64,000 nt of DNA from Armatimonadota bacterium (GTDB lineage Bacteria; Armatimonadota; SYMT01). Of this stretch, positions 48,459 to 58,276 are shown in pieces. The position numbers and the translations under genes were made by a program. Below the pieces are notes generated by a model. It searched no databases, was not told the DNA's origin, and saw only the letters and a list, made by a program, of their open reading frames with translations. Location: assembly GCA_041690135.1 (NCBI GenBank), contig JAWLHY010000001.1:1024001-1088000 (forward strand), read 5' to 3'. Position 1 is the first letter of the stretch. Each line of letters starts with the position of its first letter.

Positions 48459-48993
48459 TGGAGGAGCAATCGGCCTACATGCGGAAGCAACCCATCAGTA
48501 GCGGGTTGAAGGACTTGACCATGGGTGAAGGAACGGGCAACATCGTCTCTGCGAGGAGGGATAGAACTCAATCGACTTCACAGACAGCCAGCCGCTGCAC
48601 TGCCGGAGCATAGCCGCCTGGATACAGCACCCCGGCACCCGACGTGGCAGGCCCCTGATCTGGGAATTTGTGTTCCACGGTCGCGGCAGCCCGCGGTCGA
48701 TCGGTGGTGGCCGCGACCGACTCGGAGAGTTCACTGCCGGCATTGGGATTCACGGCGGCCAGTCCCGCGGTCAGGCTCCTGGTCCAATCACCAGGGGGAT
48801 TGCCACGGCCGGCATGGCCGCGGCTCACGTGCGTGGCCAGCAACTACCGATAGGTCGCGTCCTCGACCTGTGTACGGAGTGGCCGGCCTCGCAATGATAG
48901 CTTTTCGGTTTGCATCACGCAGGACGATTGCACGTTTTGCGTCATCTCGTCTCACTACCCTCATTCAGGCGGTCAGCCGCAGATCAGTAAGCA

Positions 48994-50238
48994 ATGGATT
49001 CTCATCTCGCCCCTCGCACTTCCTACCTCGCCCCTTCCGATTCGCCCCTCGCACGTCCTACTTCGCACCTGGCAAAGACGGTTGTTCAGTTCGGCGCCGG
49101 GAACATTGGGCGCGGGTTCGTGGGGCAGATCTTCACCGAGGCGGGGTACGAGGTCGTGTTCGTGGACGTGTCGCCCGAGTTGATTTCGGGATTGAACGAG
49201 CGGCGGAGCTACCCCCTGCGTTTCGCGGGGCCGGACCGCTTTGAAACGCTGACGGTAAGGCCCGTGCGGGCGGTGGATGCGCGGGACGTGGAGGCCGTGG
49301 CGGCCGAAATCCAGAGGTGCTCGTTTGCCTGCACCGCGGTGGGAGTGTCGGTTCTGCCGCACCTGGCCCAGCCGCTGGCCGAAGGGATTCGACGCCGTCA
49401 GGGTGTGCTGGATGTGATCCTGTGCGAGAACCAGCTCCACTGCTCCGACCTGCTGCGCGGATTACTGCGAAAGCACCTGGATGACGAACAGCTGGCGCGG
49501 GTGGGGCTGGTGGAGAGCGTCGTGAGCCGGATGGTCCCGGTCGTTCCCGAAGAGGTCCGTCTTGGCGATCCCCTGCTCGCCATCGCGGAGGATTACCCCC
49601 GCCTACCGGTGGACGCAACCGGATTCCGGGGTACCGTTCCGGACATTCCTGCCTTGAACCCGGTACGGAATTTCGCGGCTTATGTGGAACGCAAGCTCTA
49701 TGTTCATAACATGGGGCACGCGGTGGCCGGCTACCTGGGGTTTCTGGCGGGCTGCCGCTACGTCCACGAAGCGATGGCCCTCCCAGACGTATACGCACGG
49801 GTTCTTGCGGCCATGGAAGAGACGTGCGAGGCGTTGGCCCGGAAGCACGGAACGGAACGGGAAGAGCTGCTGGAGCACCGGCTGAACCTGGCCCGGCGTT
49901 TTGCGAACGCAGCATTGAACGACACCGTGCTCCGGGTCGGGCGCGACCCGATACGGAAGCTGCGTCCGGAAGACCGGCTGGTGGGAGCCGCCCTGACCTG
50001 CCTGGATTGGGGGGTGACGCCAAAACAGGCCGCCGCGGGAATTGCGGCGGCGCTGCGGTACGATGTCCCGGACGACCCCGCATCCCAACGGATACAGACG
50101 GTCGTCCGGGAAACCGGAATCGGCCAGGCGCTATACGAGTTTACCGGTCAGCGCCCCGACAGTGAGTTGGGCCGGCTGGTGCTGGAGGCCTGGGAGGAGG
50201 AAACTGGGATCTACCAGTCGTCTTCATCCCCTTCGTAA
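48994..50238 (+). CDS. mtlD: Mannitol-1-phosphate 5-dehydrogenase family protein
   Basis: QFGAGNIGRGF, TAVG, CEN, VSRMVP, ERKLYVHNMGH, RVGRDPIRKL..DRL; true start may be near 49069. Confidence 0.88.
   Translation: MDSHLAPRTSYLAPSDSPLARPTSHLAKTVVQFGAGNIGRGFVGQIFTEAGYEVVFVDVSPELISGLNERRSYPLRFAGPDRFETLTVRPVRAVDARDVEAVAAEIQRCSFACTAVGVSVLPHLAQPLAEGIRRRQGVLDVILCENQLHCSDLLRGLLRKHLDDEQLARVGLVESVVSRMVPVVPEEVRLGDPLLAIAEDYPRLPVDATGFRGTVPDIPALNPVRNFAAYVERKLYVHNMGHAVAGYLGFLAGCRYVHEAMALPDVYARVLAAMEETCEALARKHGTEREELLEHRLNLARRFANAALNDTVLRVGRDPIRKLRPEDRLVGAALTCLDWGVTPKQAAAGIAAALRYDVPDDPASQRIQTVVRETGIGQALYEFTGQRPDSELGRLVLEAWEEETGIYQSSSSPS
49001..49070. repeat. Heptamer-based short repeat array (right arm, inverted)
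   Basis: ctcgccc/ctcgcac/ttcctac units. Confidence 0.65.
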
Positions 50239-50705
50239 GGGCGGCGGTCGCGCTTCTTTTTGCCGTCCTTACGGGCCTTGGGCGCCCAGCCGTCTTCCTC
50301 CCAGGATTCGACCGGCTCTTCCCGGCGCGACTTCCGGGAGGAAACCTCCTGAAGCGGAGGCGCCGGTGCAGGCACCGGCGGCATGGGGGCGTACGGCTCC
50401 CGGCCGCGGAAGTCCGGCTCCCGGCGCGGGCCGGGACGGCGCTCGTCCGTCCGGTCTGCACGGAAGTCGGGCCGGCCACCCGGCGGCGCAGAGTAGCGCC
50501 GCTCGACATCGCGCACCGGGCCACCCGCCGCGGAACCGGCGGCACCGGGGTCGCCTTCCTGCCGCTTGGCCTTATGGGCCCGGCGACAGGTCAGGCAGCG
50601 AACGGGATCGCCAAATCCTCGCTCGGCAAAAAACTCTTGCTCGCGAACAGTGAAGTTGAACGCCTGCCCGCAGTCCCGGCAGGTAATCGTCTTGTCGGCG
50701 GTCAC
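50211..50705 (-). CDS. Zinc-ribbon domain protein with disordered tail
   Basis: DKTITCRDCGQAFNFTVREQEFFAERGF..PVRC..CR; GTG start. Confidence 0.85.
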   Translation of the reverse strand: MTADKTITCRDCGQAFNFTVREQEFFAERGFGDPVRCLTCRRAHKAKRQEGDPGAAGSAAGGPVRDVERRYSAPPGGRPDFRADRTDERRPGPRREPDFRGREPYAPMPPVPAPAPPLQEVSSRKSRREEPVESWEEDGWAPKARKDGKKKRDRRPYEGDEDDW

Positions 50706-50852
50706 GGAACTCTTTTTGATCTGCGCCCCGTAGGGCGTACAAGCTGTCGCAGTGGATCTCTGCGACGAAGATACTATCGCCCGACTATGCTTATATGGCA
50801 ACCTAAATTTGCCAAACGCCTCTCGCATCCTTTATAGGGCATTCCGCTACTC

Positions 50853-52199
50853 ATGGTAAAGTCCCTTTCTCGTTGGTTATTGCTAAGCGCCTGTCTGCCC
50901 CTCGCGGGCTGCGTCGGTCCGATCCGGGAAACAGGCCAGGCGACCGCCGCCGCCTACTCGCGGGACGGCAATCTGGAGGTCAGAGTCTTCCAGGGCGGCT
51001 ACGGCGTCGACTTCTACGAGCGAGCCGCGAAGGAATACGAGCAGGCGCACCCGGGGGTGAAGATCGACCTCAAAGGGGATCCGCGCATCTGGGAGCAGTT
51101 GCGGCCGCGTTTCGTGGCCGGCGACCCGCCGGGCCTCGCCTTCCCGGGGTGGGGAATGGATAACTACGCCCTGATCTATGAGCAACAGGCGCTTCCCCTG
51201 GATGATTACCTGCTCACCACTCCCTACGGGGAATGGCAGGGCACCTGGAAGGACAGCTTTATCCCCGAGATCCTTCAGTTGGGCGTGTACGAGGGCCAAA
51301 CCTATCTCCTCCCCTACTACCTTTCCCTGAATGGCTGGTGGTACAACGTCAACCTCTTCCGGGAGAACGGCTGGACGCCTCCGGCCAGTTTCGACGAACT
51401 CCTGGCTCTTAGTGAGAAGATCAAGGCGAAAGGCATTGCGCCGGTCACCTACCAGGGCAAGTACCCGGCCTACGCCATCCAGGGCTTCCTGCTGCCTTGG
51501 GCCATCAGCATCGGGGGCATCGAGGCTTACCGGGACGCGGAGGCGCTCAAGCCGGGCGCCTGGAAGAGTGAGCCGTTTCTGAAGGCCGCGCAGATGATCG
51601 ACGAGATGCGCAAGAAAGGCTACTTCGACCCCAGCGCCAACGGCCTGAGCCACACCGAGGCCCAGATGGACTTTCTCAACGGCAAAGCGGCCATGATTCC
51701 GTGCGGAACGTGGCTGCATAGCGAGATGAAGAACCAGATGCCGAAGGGCTTCCAGATGGAGTTCTTCCTGCCGCCGCGGGTGAAAGACGGCAAAGGCGAG
51801 CCTACGGCTCTCCAGGTGGGGGTGGAGCCCTGGCTTATCCCCAGCCAGGGACGCAACACGCCGCTGGCCGTGGACTTCTTCAAGTACCTGACGAGCAAGA
51901 AGAAGGCGCGGGAGTTCATGTTGGAGAAGGGCTCGCTTACGGCGGTGCTCGATACCAGCGATGGGCCCCTACCGTCCACCCTGCAGAAGCCGGCCGAGGC
52001 GCTCAAGAACGCGAAAGTCACCTGGACCACGCGTTATTCCCAGTGGTACAAGGGCTTCGATGAGAATCTGAAGACCAAGATGGGCTCACTGTTACTGGGC
52101 GAGCTCACTCCCGAGCAGTTCGTGGAGCAGGTGGAGGCGGAGGCGGAGAAGGTCCGGCAGGACCCCAACATCCCCAAGCATACGCCTTCGGCGGATTAA
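50853..52199 (+). CDS. ABC sugar-binding lipoprotein (NgcE-like)
   Basis: Lipobox LAGC; FQGGYG, YNVNLF, FLNGKAAMIPCGTWL.SEM. Confidence 0.85.
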   Translation: MVKSLSRWLLLSACLPLAGCVGPIRETGQATAAAYSRDGNLEVRVFQGGYGVDFYERAAKEYEQAHPGVKIDLKGDPRIWEQLRPRFVAGDPPGLAFPGWGMDNYALIYEQQALPLDDYLLTTPYGEWQGTWKDSFIPEILQLGVYEGQTYLLPYYLSLNGWWYNVNLFRENGWTPPASFDELLALSEKIKAKGIAPVTYQGKYPAYAIQGFLLPWAISIGGIEAYRDAEALKPGAWKSEPFLKAAQMIDEMRKKGYFDPSANGLSHTEAQMDFLNGKAAMIPCGTWLHSEMKNQMPKGFQMEFFLPPRVKDGKGEPTALQVGVEPWLIPSQGRNTPLAVDFFKYLTSKKKAREFMLEKGSLTAVLDTSDGPLPSTLQKPAEALKNAKVTWTTRYSQWYKGFDENLKTKMGSLLLGELTPEQFVEQVEAEAEKVRQDPNIPKHTPSAD

Positions 52200-52336
52200 G
52201 ATGAAGATGCAGATAAGGATAAGGAAGTGCGAGGGCGAGAGGGGGATCCAGTTAGGAGTGATCCGGAGATGGGGCACAGCCAGCATTTAAGCGGGTGGAT
52301 ACTGGTTCTGATGGGGCTCGTTCTGGAGGTTCTGTA

Positions 52337-52371
52337 AGAAGGGGGAAGCCGGCTACCGGCTTCCCCCTTCT
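52337..52371. terminator. Hairpin terminator between convergent genes
   Basis: agaagggggaagccgg-cta-ccggcttcccccttct. Confidence 0.75.
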
Positions 52372-52395
52372 GGATTCTTGTTCTTCAAATGGAGC

Positions 52396-52995
52396 TTACG
52401 GCGTCCAGCCGGTGTTCCACTGGCTGGGCTTCCACATCCGCCGCTGGAGCCACTTGGCGTGGCCGTCCGCGAAGGCGAAGTTGGTGCCTTCGTTGTGGGT
52501 ATCCAGCAGGCGGCAGTTCGGATTTTTGTTCGCCGGGTTGGCGGGGTCGAAATACGGCACCATGCCCGACCCGTCCAGCGCCCACCAGCCGTTGCCGGTG
52601 CTGTCGCCGGTCACCACCATGTCGGCCGGCCGCTCCACGGCGGCGTCGGAACGGCCGCTGAACCACTGGTTGTAGATGTAGCTGCAGACGGTGTCGCGCT
52701 TGCTGGGGCAGCGGAACACCTGCTGGTTCTTAACATACGGCATGATCTCTCCGCCCCAATAACCGGAGGCGACCGGTTGCCATGCTCCGTTCCAGAACAT
52801 GAGCGGAAACGTCTCATCATAGTCCTGGACATACTGGCGGAAGGCGAGACCGATCTGCTTGTGGTTGTTAAGACAGGAAGACTGCCGGGCAGCCTCTCGG
52901 GCCCGTGCGAAGACGGGGAAGAGGATAGCGGCGAGGATGGCGATAATGGCAATCACCACGAGCAGTTCGATCAGGGTGAACCCTCTTCTTTTCAC
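52396..52995 (-). CDS. Prepilin-type N-terminal cleavage/methylation DUF1559 protein (H-X9-DG)
   Basis: [52 protein letters not shown]; GGAG RBS. Confidence 0.93.
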   Translation of the reverse strand: MKRRGFTLIELLVVIAIIAILAAILFPVFARAREAARQSSCLNNHKQIGLAFRQYVQDYDETFPLMFWNGAWQPVASGYWGGEIMPYVKNQQVFRCPSKRDTVCSYIYNQWFSGRSDAAVERPADMVVTGDSTGNGWWALDGSGMVPYFDPANPANKNPNCRLLDTHNEGTNFAFADGHAKWLQRRMWKPSQWNTGWTP

Positions 52996-53217
52996 GACTA
53001 AAATAACTCCCTGCGCCCGGCGAGCAGCACCAGCGCTGCAATCGGGTAATGGATCAGCGGACCAATGGAAGGCATAAGGGCGCATTATCAGTCTATCTCA
53101 CCCCCCTTGTTTGCTCTCAGGAGTGCTTAAGGCAATTCTATGCTGCGGATGCGGGGAACCCGTGGCAAAGTGATTGGGAGCGCCATTGGCGAAGCGCCAG
53201 TACGAGTGAGGAGATCC

Positions 53218-54474
53218 ATGCACAACCCCTCGGTTAGAGAACAAGGTGAGATTATTGAATTGACCGCGTCCCTGGCTCGGGAAGGCTTTTCGGGAACCTC
53301 GGATCGGGAGTATCCGAGTGACCCGGCGTGGGCCGCCCTGCGCGGAACCGGAACGCAGCTCTGGCTGGACACGGGCGATCTCGAAGAGGCGTCCGGCCTG
53401 TGGTGCCGCGAGTTCAGTCATCTCACCACCAACAACACCCTGGTCAACCGCGAAGTTCAGAAGGGACTCTTCGATGATCTGATCCGCGAGACTGGGCTGC
53501 GACTGCGGGACACGACCGACCTGGACCTGGAGCGCCTCACCTGGGAGGTGGGGTTCGTCGTCAACTGCCGGACCGCGCTGCGGCTGGTGGAGGCGTTCGA
53601 CGCCACCGTAAGCGTGGAATTGCACCCGGCCATGGCGGATGACGTGGAGCTTTCCGTCGCTTACGGCCGCCGTTACTACGCGGTGTGTCCGGAGCGGTTC
53701 ATCGTGAAGGTCCCGCTCACGCCGGCAGGCCTTCTGGTGGCTCGGCAGCTCTCTGGCGAGGGCATTCCCGTGAACTTCACGCTCGGCTTCTCCGCACGCC
53801 AGAACGTGCTGGCGGCCGCCTTCAGCCGCCCCGCTTATGTTAACGTGTTCATGGGCCGCCTCAACAGTTTCGTGGCCGATAGCGGGCTGGGCTCCGGCGA
53901 GAACATCGGCGAGAAGACGACCATGGCCACCCAACTCGCCCTGCTGGAAGGCCGCCAGAAGCAGGGCTGGGAGACCCGATTGATCGGGGCGAGCATGCGC
54001 TCCGGCGCGCAGGTGTGGGCGCTGGCGGGCCTCGACGTGTTCACCATGCCGGTGGCGGCGGCTCGCGAGTTCAAAGAGGAGTTCGACGCCCATCCGCGTC
54101 CGCTCGAAAGCCAGGTCGGTCGTGACTTTCCCGTGGAAACTTCCGAGCCCGAGCTGCTGTCCCGGCTCTGGACCCTCGACGAGGGCACGCTCCGGGCGAT
54201 CCAGGCTCTCCAGCGGGCGGACCCAACGGGCTGGCGTGGGGAGGACCTGGTGGCCTTTGTACGGGAGCATGGGACGACGGATTTACTTCCTGCCTGGACC
54301 GCCGCCGAGCGTGAGGAGATCCGGGCACACGGCAAAATCCCGCGCTGGGAGAGCTGGCGGGATGATCTGCAGTGCGGACGCGTGGGGTTGGACGCCCTGA
54401 TGAGCATCAGTGCGCTGGAGTCGTTCGTGAAGGATCAGGCGGCCCTGGATGACCGTATCCGCCGCCTGTTGTGA
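53218..54474 (+). CDS. Transaldolase family protein
   Basis: LWLDT, LTTNN, VSVE, IVKVPLT, VNFTLGFS, IGASMR; GAGGAG RBS. Confidence 0.85.
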   Translation: MHNPSVREQGEIIELTASLAREGFSGTSDREYPSDPAWAALRGTGTQLWLDTGDLEEASGLWCREFSHLTTNNTLVNREVQKGLFDDLIRETGLRLRDTTDLDLERLTWEVGFVVNCRTALRLVEAFDATVSVELHPAMADDVELSVAYGRRYYAVCPERFIVKVPLTPAGLLVARQLSGEGIPVNFTLGFSARQNVLAAAFSRPAYVNVFMGRLNSFVADSGLGSGENIGEKTTMATQLALLEGRQKQGWETRLIGASMRSGAQVWALAGLDVFTMPVAAAREFKEEFDAHPRPLESQVGRDFPVETSEPELLSRLWTLDEGTLRAIQALQRADPTGWRGEDLVAFVREHGTTDLLPAWTAAEREEIRAHGKIPRWESWRDDLQCGRVGLDALMSISALESFVKDQAALDDRIRRLL

Positions 54475-54697
54475 GGCTGCTCCGCCCGCGGCCCCCGCAG
54501 AGGTGAGCACGGCTGGGAGACGGCGTGGTTCTCGGCGGCAGTGCGAGGATTTAAACTCGGTGGGTCGCGCCTGGGGATAGGATTCTGGACGGAAGGACCC
54601 ACGAGGAGGCCCCTTCGTCCAGGTTCGGGGCGCGGCCCAGAACCGATGGACCGGTCCGCCTCCCCACCCTCTCTCCCACTTCGGTATCGTTCTCGTT

Positions 54698-55750
54698 ATG
54701 ACCCATCATCCCACCCACTCCCGCCGCCGGTTCCTGCGGGGCATTGCCGGCATCGCCGGCGCCGGCTCACTCTCCCCTCGCACGATGGAAGCCGGCGAGA
54801 TGCCACCCCAGGAGCGCTCCTTTTGGCTCCATGCCTCTCTGGGACTCACCACCCAAAACGGCTACTGGGGCTGGGGCTATCGCGAAACCCGACCCCCCAC
54901 CCCGGAAGAGATCGGCAACGCACTTCAGGTGCTCACCCGGGGTTACCATGCCAACCGCCTTTACCTGATCTACCACCGGGAGATTCCCTCGAACGCGGCG
55001 CGGGAGATGTTCCGGCAGTGGCGCCGGCAGGCCCCGCCGGGGGTGGAGATCGTGCCCACGCTGCTGCTGAAGATGTACGATCCGCAGCAGCGGCCGGTGT
55101 TTGCGTCCGGGGAACTGGCGGGGTGGGTCCGGTTCTTTCGAGAGAAGATCAACCGGCAACGGGTCGCCGTTTACGACATCTATCCAAAGCGGGATCCGGG
55201 TGAAGGGTTGGACCTACTGGCGAGAAGCTACCCCGGAGGCCTGATCCGCGTCGGCCTCCAGCCGGGAGAACCGCTCACTTCACCCTACACGGCGGGTGTA
55301 GAGGACACCTGGAGCGGTTTCTGCCACGGGCGAACGCACGCGGACTGGCTCTCGCTCGGCTTCGGGGCGCAAACGCTGCGGGGCTGGGTGGAGGAGCGCA
55401 ACCGGGGCTCGCTGCCGGTGAGTTGGGACCTCGTCGCCGTGGCCTGGGATTACTCCGTAACGCAGCGGGGAGAGTATCCCGGGTACGATGACGCGGACCG
55501 GAACATGCCCCTCCCCGCCGGCCGTAACCGGTTGGCCGTGAAGGAGATCCGGGCGACTGCGCACCCGGATCGTCTCCTCGGCTTCAGCTCCGACCTCTTC
55601 ATCCTGCACGTGAACTCGCTGAGCCGGAAACACGACGGTCCCGCCGGTTCCCTCTACGAGGTGCTGAAGCGAGGCCACCGTTACCGCGGCTACTACAGCG
55701 CGGCACTGGACGAGATCGGAGAGATCTACGGAGAACGGGCGGCCGATTAA
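54698..55750 (+). CDS. Hypothetical protein with Tat-like signal
   Basis: SRRRFL; aromatic-rich body; host-like codon usage. Confidence 0.7.
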   Translation: MTHHPTHSRRRFLRGIAGIAGAGSLSPRTMEAGEMPPQERSFWLHASLGLTTQNGYWGWGYRETRPPTPEEIGNALQVLTRGYHANRLYLIYHREIPSNAAREMFRQWRRQAPPGVEIVPTLLLKMYDPQQRPVFASGELAGWVRFFREKINRQRVAVYDIYPKRDPGEGLDLLARSYPGGLIRVGLQPGEPLTSPYTAGVEDTWSGFCHGRTHADWLSLGFGAQTLRGWVEERNRGSLPVSWDLVAVAWDYSVTQRGEYPGYDDADRNMPLPAGRNRLAVKEIRATAHPDRLLGFSSDLFILHVNSLSRKHDGPAGSLYEVLKRGHRYRGYYSAALDEIGEIYGERAAD

Positions 55751-55799
55751 GACGGGGCCTGCGGCCGATTAAAATCAGGATCGGGAGAGCGGGTCGGCG

Positions 55800-56795
55800 C
55801 TACTTCGTGAAGCGAAGAGACCGGGCCATGCCTTTGAACTCCGGCAGGTACGTCTCCGCCTCCTTCTCTGCGGCCAGGCCCTGCATGAGGAAGTAAGAGC
55901 CTTCCCGGAACAGCATCACCTGGTAGAGGAGCACCGGGTTGCCGGTAGCCGTATTTTTCGCCGTGGCGACCGACTCGAAACCCGAGCAACCGGCGATCTG
56001 CACCGGCTGATGGGACCTGAGGTGCGTCACCTCCGTTTGCGCCGTGGCGTGAAGGCGCTTGCGCGCGAAATCGTTGGGATCGGCGATCGTTACCTGGGAG
56101 AGCGCGGGCGAGGCGATGAACAGCGGATCGTCCGGGTGCTTCGAGGGGATCACCCCGTCCTTCGTGTACATCAGCTCCTTGCCCAGGCCGGGGGTGAGAA
56201 TCAGTTTCTTGGAGCCGACGAGCGCGAACTTCCGGTCCGCGCCGGGGTCCGCCAGCCCGGCCTTCGACCGGCGGGCACTCAGCACGGTCGCTTTCAGGCG
56301 CGCCGAGAGGGCCTTCGCCTCCCCCTCCGGAAAGGCCGCGGTGATCATGAAGGTCTCCTTCGCATCCCCGAACACGGCCATCCACTTGAGGAACCGCATC
56401 CCCCCGGCGCTTTGGGCGATCTTGAGGAGCAGACCCTTCTGTCCCTCGACCTGGATCGCCTCCTTCGCCTGAAGCTCCATCCCGCGCGGCTTCAACTGCT
56501 CCGGCGTGAATCCGGCGGACAGCTTCTCATAAGGTCCGGGGATGCGCATCACCATGACGGACGCCTTCTTTTCGGGCATGCCGAAACCGTGAAAGTTCTC
56601 CGCGCGCGTGAACCCCACCGGCTGCTGGAGTTGAAGCCCGGCAGCGGGGAAAGCGACCAGCTTAGCCTGGGTGACCGCCTTCGAACCCGGCGAGGCCCGG
56701 CTCTTAGCCGCAGCCTTGGTCGGAAGTTGCCGCGCCACTACGGGCAGGACGCCCAGCGGAATGAGCAGGAGTGTCGCCGTCAGCAGCCGTCGCAT
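55800..56795 (-). CDS. Hypothetical secreted protein
   Basis: Signal peptide; two similar alpha/beta halves each ending in an S(A/L)R motif. Confidence 0.75.
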   Translation of the reverse strand: MRRLLTATLLLIPLGVLPVVARQLPTKAAAKSRASPGSKAVTQAKLVAFPAAGLQLQQPVGFTRAENFHGFGMPEKKASVMVMRIPGPYEKLSAGFTPEQLKPRGMELQAKEAIQVEGQKGLLLKIAQSAGGMRFLKWMAVFGDAKETFMITAAFPEGEAKALSARLKATVLSARRSKAGLADPGADRKFALVGSKKLILTPGLGKELMYTKDGVIPSKHPDDPLFIASPALSQVTIADPNDFARKRLHATAQTEVTHLRSHQPVQIAGCSGFESVATAKNTATGNPVLLYQVMLFREGSYFLMQGLAAEKEAETYLPEFKGMARSLRFTK

Positions 56796-57034
56796 GATCG
56801 TTCCTTCCGGATAGTGAGAGTTGTCTCGATGCAGTTGAATGCGAGTTCAAAGCGCCCCGGGGTTCCCCGTAAAGCGATAGGGTGGGATTACCCGTAGCGT
56901 GCCCATGCAGGGCGTGGGGGTGGCGGTCTCCATGGGGAGTACCGTATCTGCTCAGGTACTCGCCCCCACCCCATAGTGCGGAGGCGGGTCCTCCGGTCGC
57001 CACGTGCGGGTCAACGGAAACTGACTCTCGGTCT

Positions 57035-57056
57035 GATCGAAAAAGTTTTTGCGATC
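57035..57056. promoter_or_regulatory. Palindromic operator-like site
   Basis: gatcgaaaaag|tttttgcgatc imperfect dyad in divergent intergenic region. Confidence 0.45.
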
Positions 57057-57202
57057 TTTAGCAGGCCTGAAGGTGAATTCGCCTGTACCGTCGAAGATGA
57101 AGAAGTCATCAAATGGCGAGAGCGGTGCAACGCGAGCGAATGATGTGTGGCTCGTGCTACGGAGTCTCGTCGAACAAGCTCTTCGATGAAGAGGAGGAAA
57201 CC

Positions 57203-57880
57203 TTGAGACGTCGCGTCACTAAGCGTGGCTTCACGCTGATCGAGTTACTTGTGGTTATCGCCATTATAGCGATTTTGGCTGCCATTCTTTTTCCTGTTTT
57301 CGCCCGTGCCCGAGAGGCCGCTCGTAAGTCGACCTGCCAGAGTAACCTCAAGCAGCTCGCCCTTGGAATCCGCATGTACATGCAGGACTACGACGAGAAA
57401 TTCCCGCGGAAAGGGAACACCGGGTACGATGGCTACGATGAGAACTGGGCGGGGCACGGGGGCTGGGCCAATGCCAACGAGATCGTGCTCGGTGACATCA
57501 TCAACCCCTATACCAAGAACGCGCAAATCTGGGCCTGCCCCAGCGATGTTGGGGTGAACGCCAACCCGCGGGTGGCTGGTCGTCGGTGGTCTTCGTACCA
57601 CTACCGCCACTTCCTCTCGTCGCCGCCCAACTACAACTGGGGCCTGGAGTACACGGACGCCAGCCTTAGCTACCCCGCGTCGATCTTCATGCTGCACGAG
57701 GCCGACTACCAGAATCACGAGAAGGGCGCTGGCCTCAACGCGACCAGCAACTACGCCTTCGCGGACGGCCATGTGAAGGCCATCCAGAACAGTCGCATTC
57801 TGCCCGCCAACGGCGACTACCACTGGCCAAAGAATGGCTGGTATTCGGGTGCCACCCTGGACCCGAATCCCGATTTGTAA
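57203..57880 (+). CDS. Prepilin-type N-terminal cleavage/methylation DUF1559 protein (H-X9-DG variant)
   Basis: GAGGAGG RBS, TTG start; [31 protein letters not shown]. Confidence 0.92.
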   Translation: MRRRVTKRGFTLIELLVVIAIIAILAAILFPVFARAREAARKSTCQSNLKQLALGIRMYMQDYDEKFPRKGNTGYDGYDENWAGHGGWANANEIVLGDIINPYTKNAQIWACPSDVGVNANPRVAGRRWSSYHYRHFLSSPPNYNWGLEYTDASLSYPASIFMLHEADYQNHEKGAGLNATSNYAFADGHVKAIQNSRILPANGDYHWPKNGWYSGATLDPNPDL

Positions 57881-57963
57881 GTGCCGAAACCGCGGTGGGT
57901 CCGGCTCAGTGTCGGGCCCTTCCGAAAGCAATGGAAGCAATCTGGCTTGAATTGGAGAACTGA

Positions 57964-58140
57964 ATGCGCTGGGTGTTGCCTTTGATAGCCGTGGGAGCGT
58001 TGCTCATCCCGGGATGTGGACCGAAGCAGGATGCGAACTCCAAAGTGACGGCGCCACCGCCCGTCACAGGGGTTACGGAGAGTACGCCGGCCGCTCCCCA
58101 GAAGAGCAGCGGTGATCGGCTGCTGAAACCCGGGGGATAG
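57964..58140 (+). CDS. Small lipoprotein (58 aa), not in ORF track
   Basis: GGAG RBS; MRWVLPLIAVGALLIPGC lipoprotein-like signal; Pro/Thr-rich tail; followed by hairpin. Confidence 0.65.
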   Translation: MRWVLPLIAVGALLIPGCGPKQDANSKVTAPPPVTGVTESTPAAPQKSSGDRLLKPGG

Positions 58141-58175
58141 TCCGGCTACGCTGCCCAAACAAACACCAGGGTAAG

Positions 58176-58205
58176 ACGGCCCGGTTGGTTCGCCAACCGG
58201 GCCGT
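58176..58205 (+). terminator. Hairpin terminator
   Basis: acggcccggttgg-ttcg-ccaaccgggccgt. Confidence 0.75.
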
Positions 58206-58276
58206 TCACGTTTCATATCTCCCTATTCGCCCGCTTCTACCCCTGCTAGCGCCCCATCCGCGCCGACGAGCTTCGC

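Noticed and set aside
48460-48990. Short ORFs between the heptamer arrays
   Set aside because: No recognisable motifs or convincing RBS/start; left unassigned
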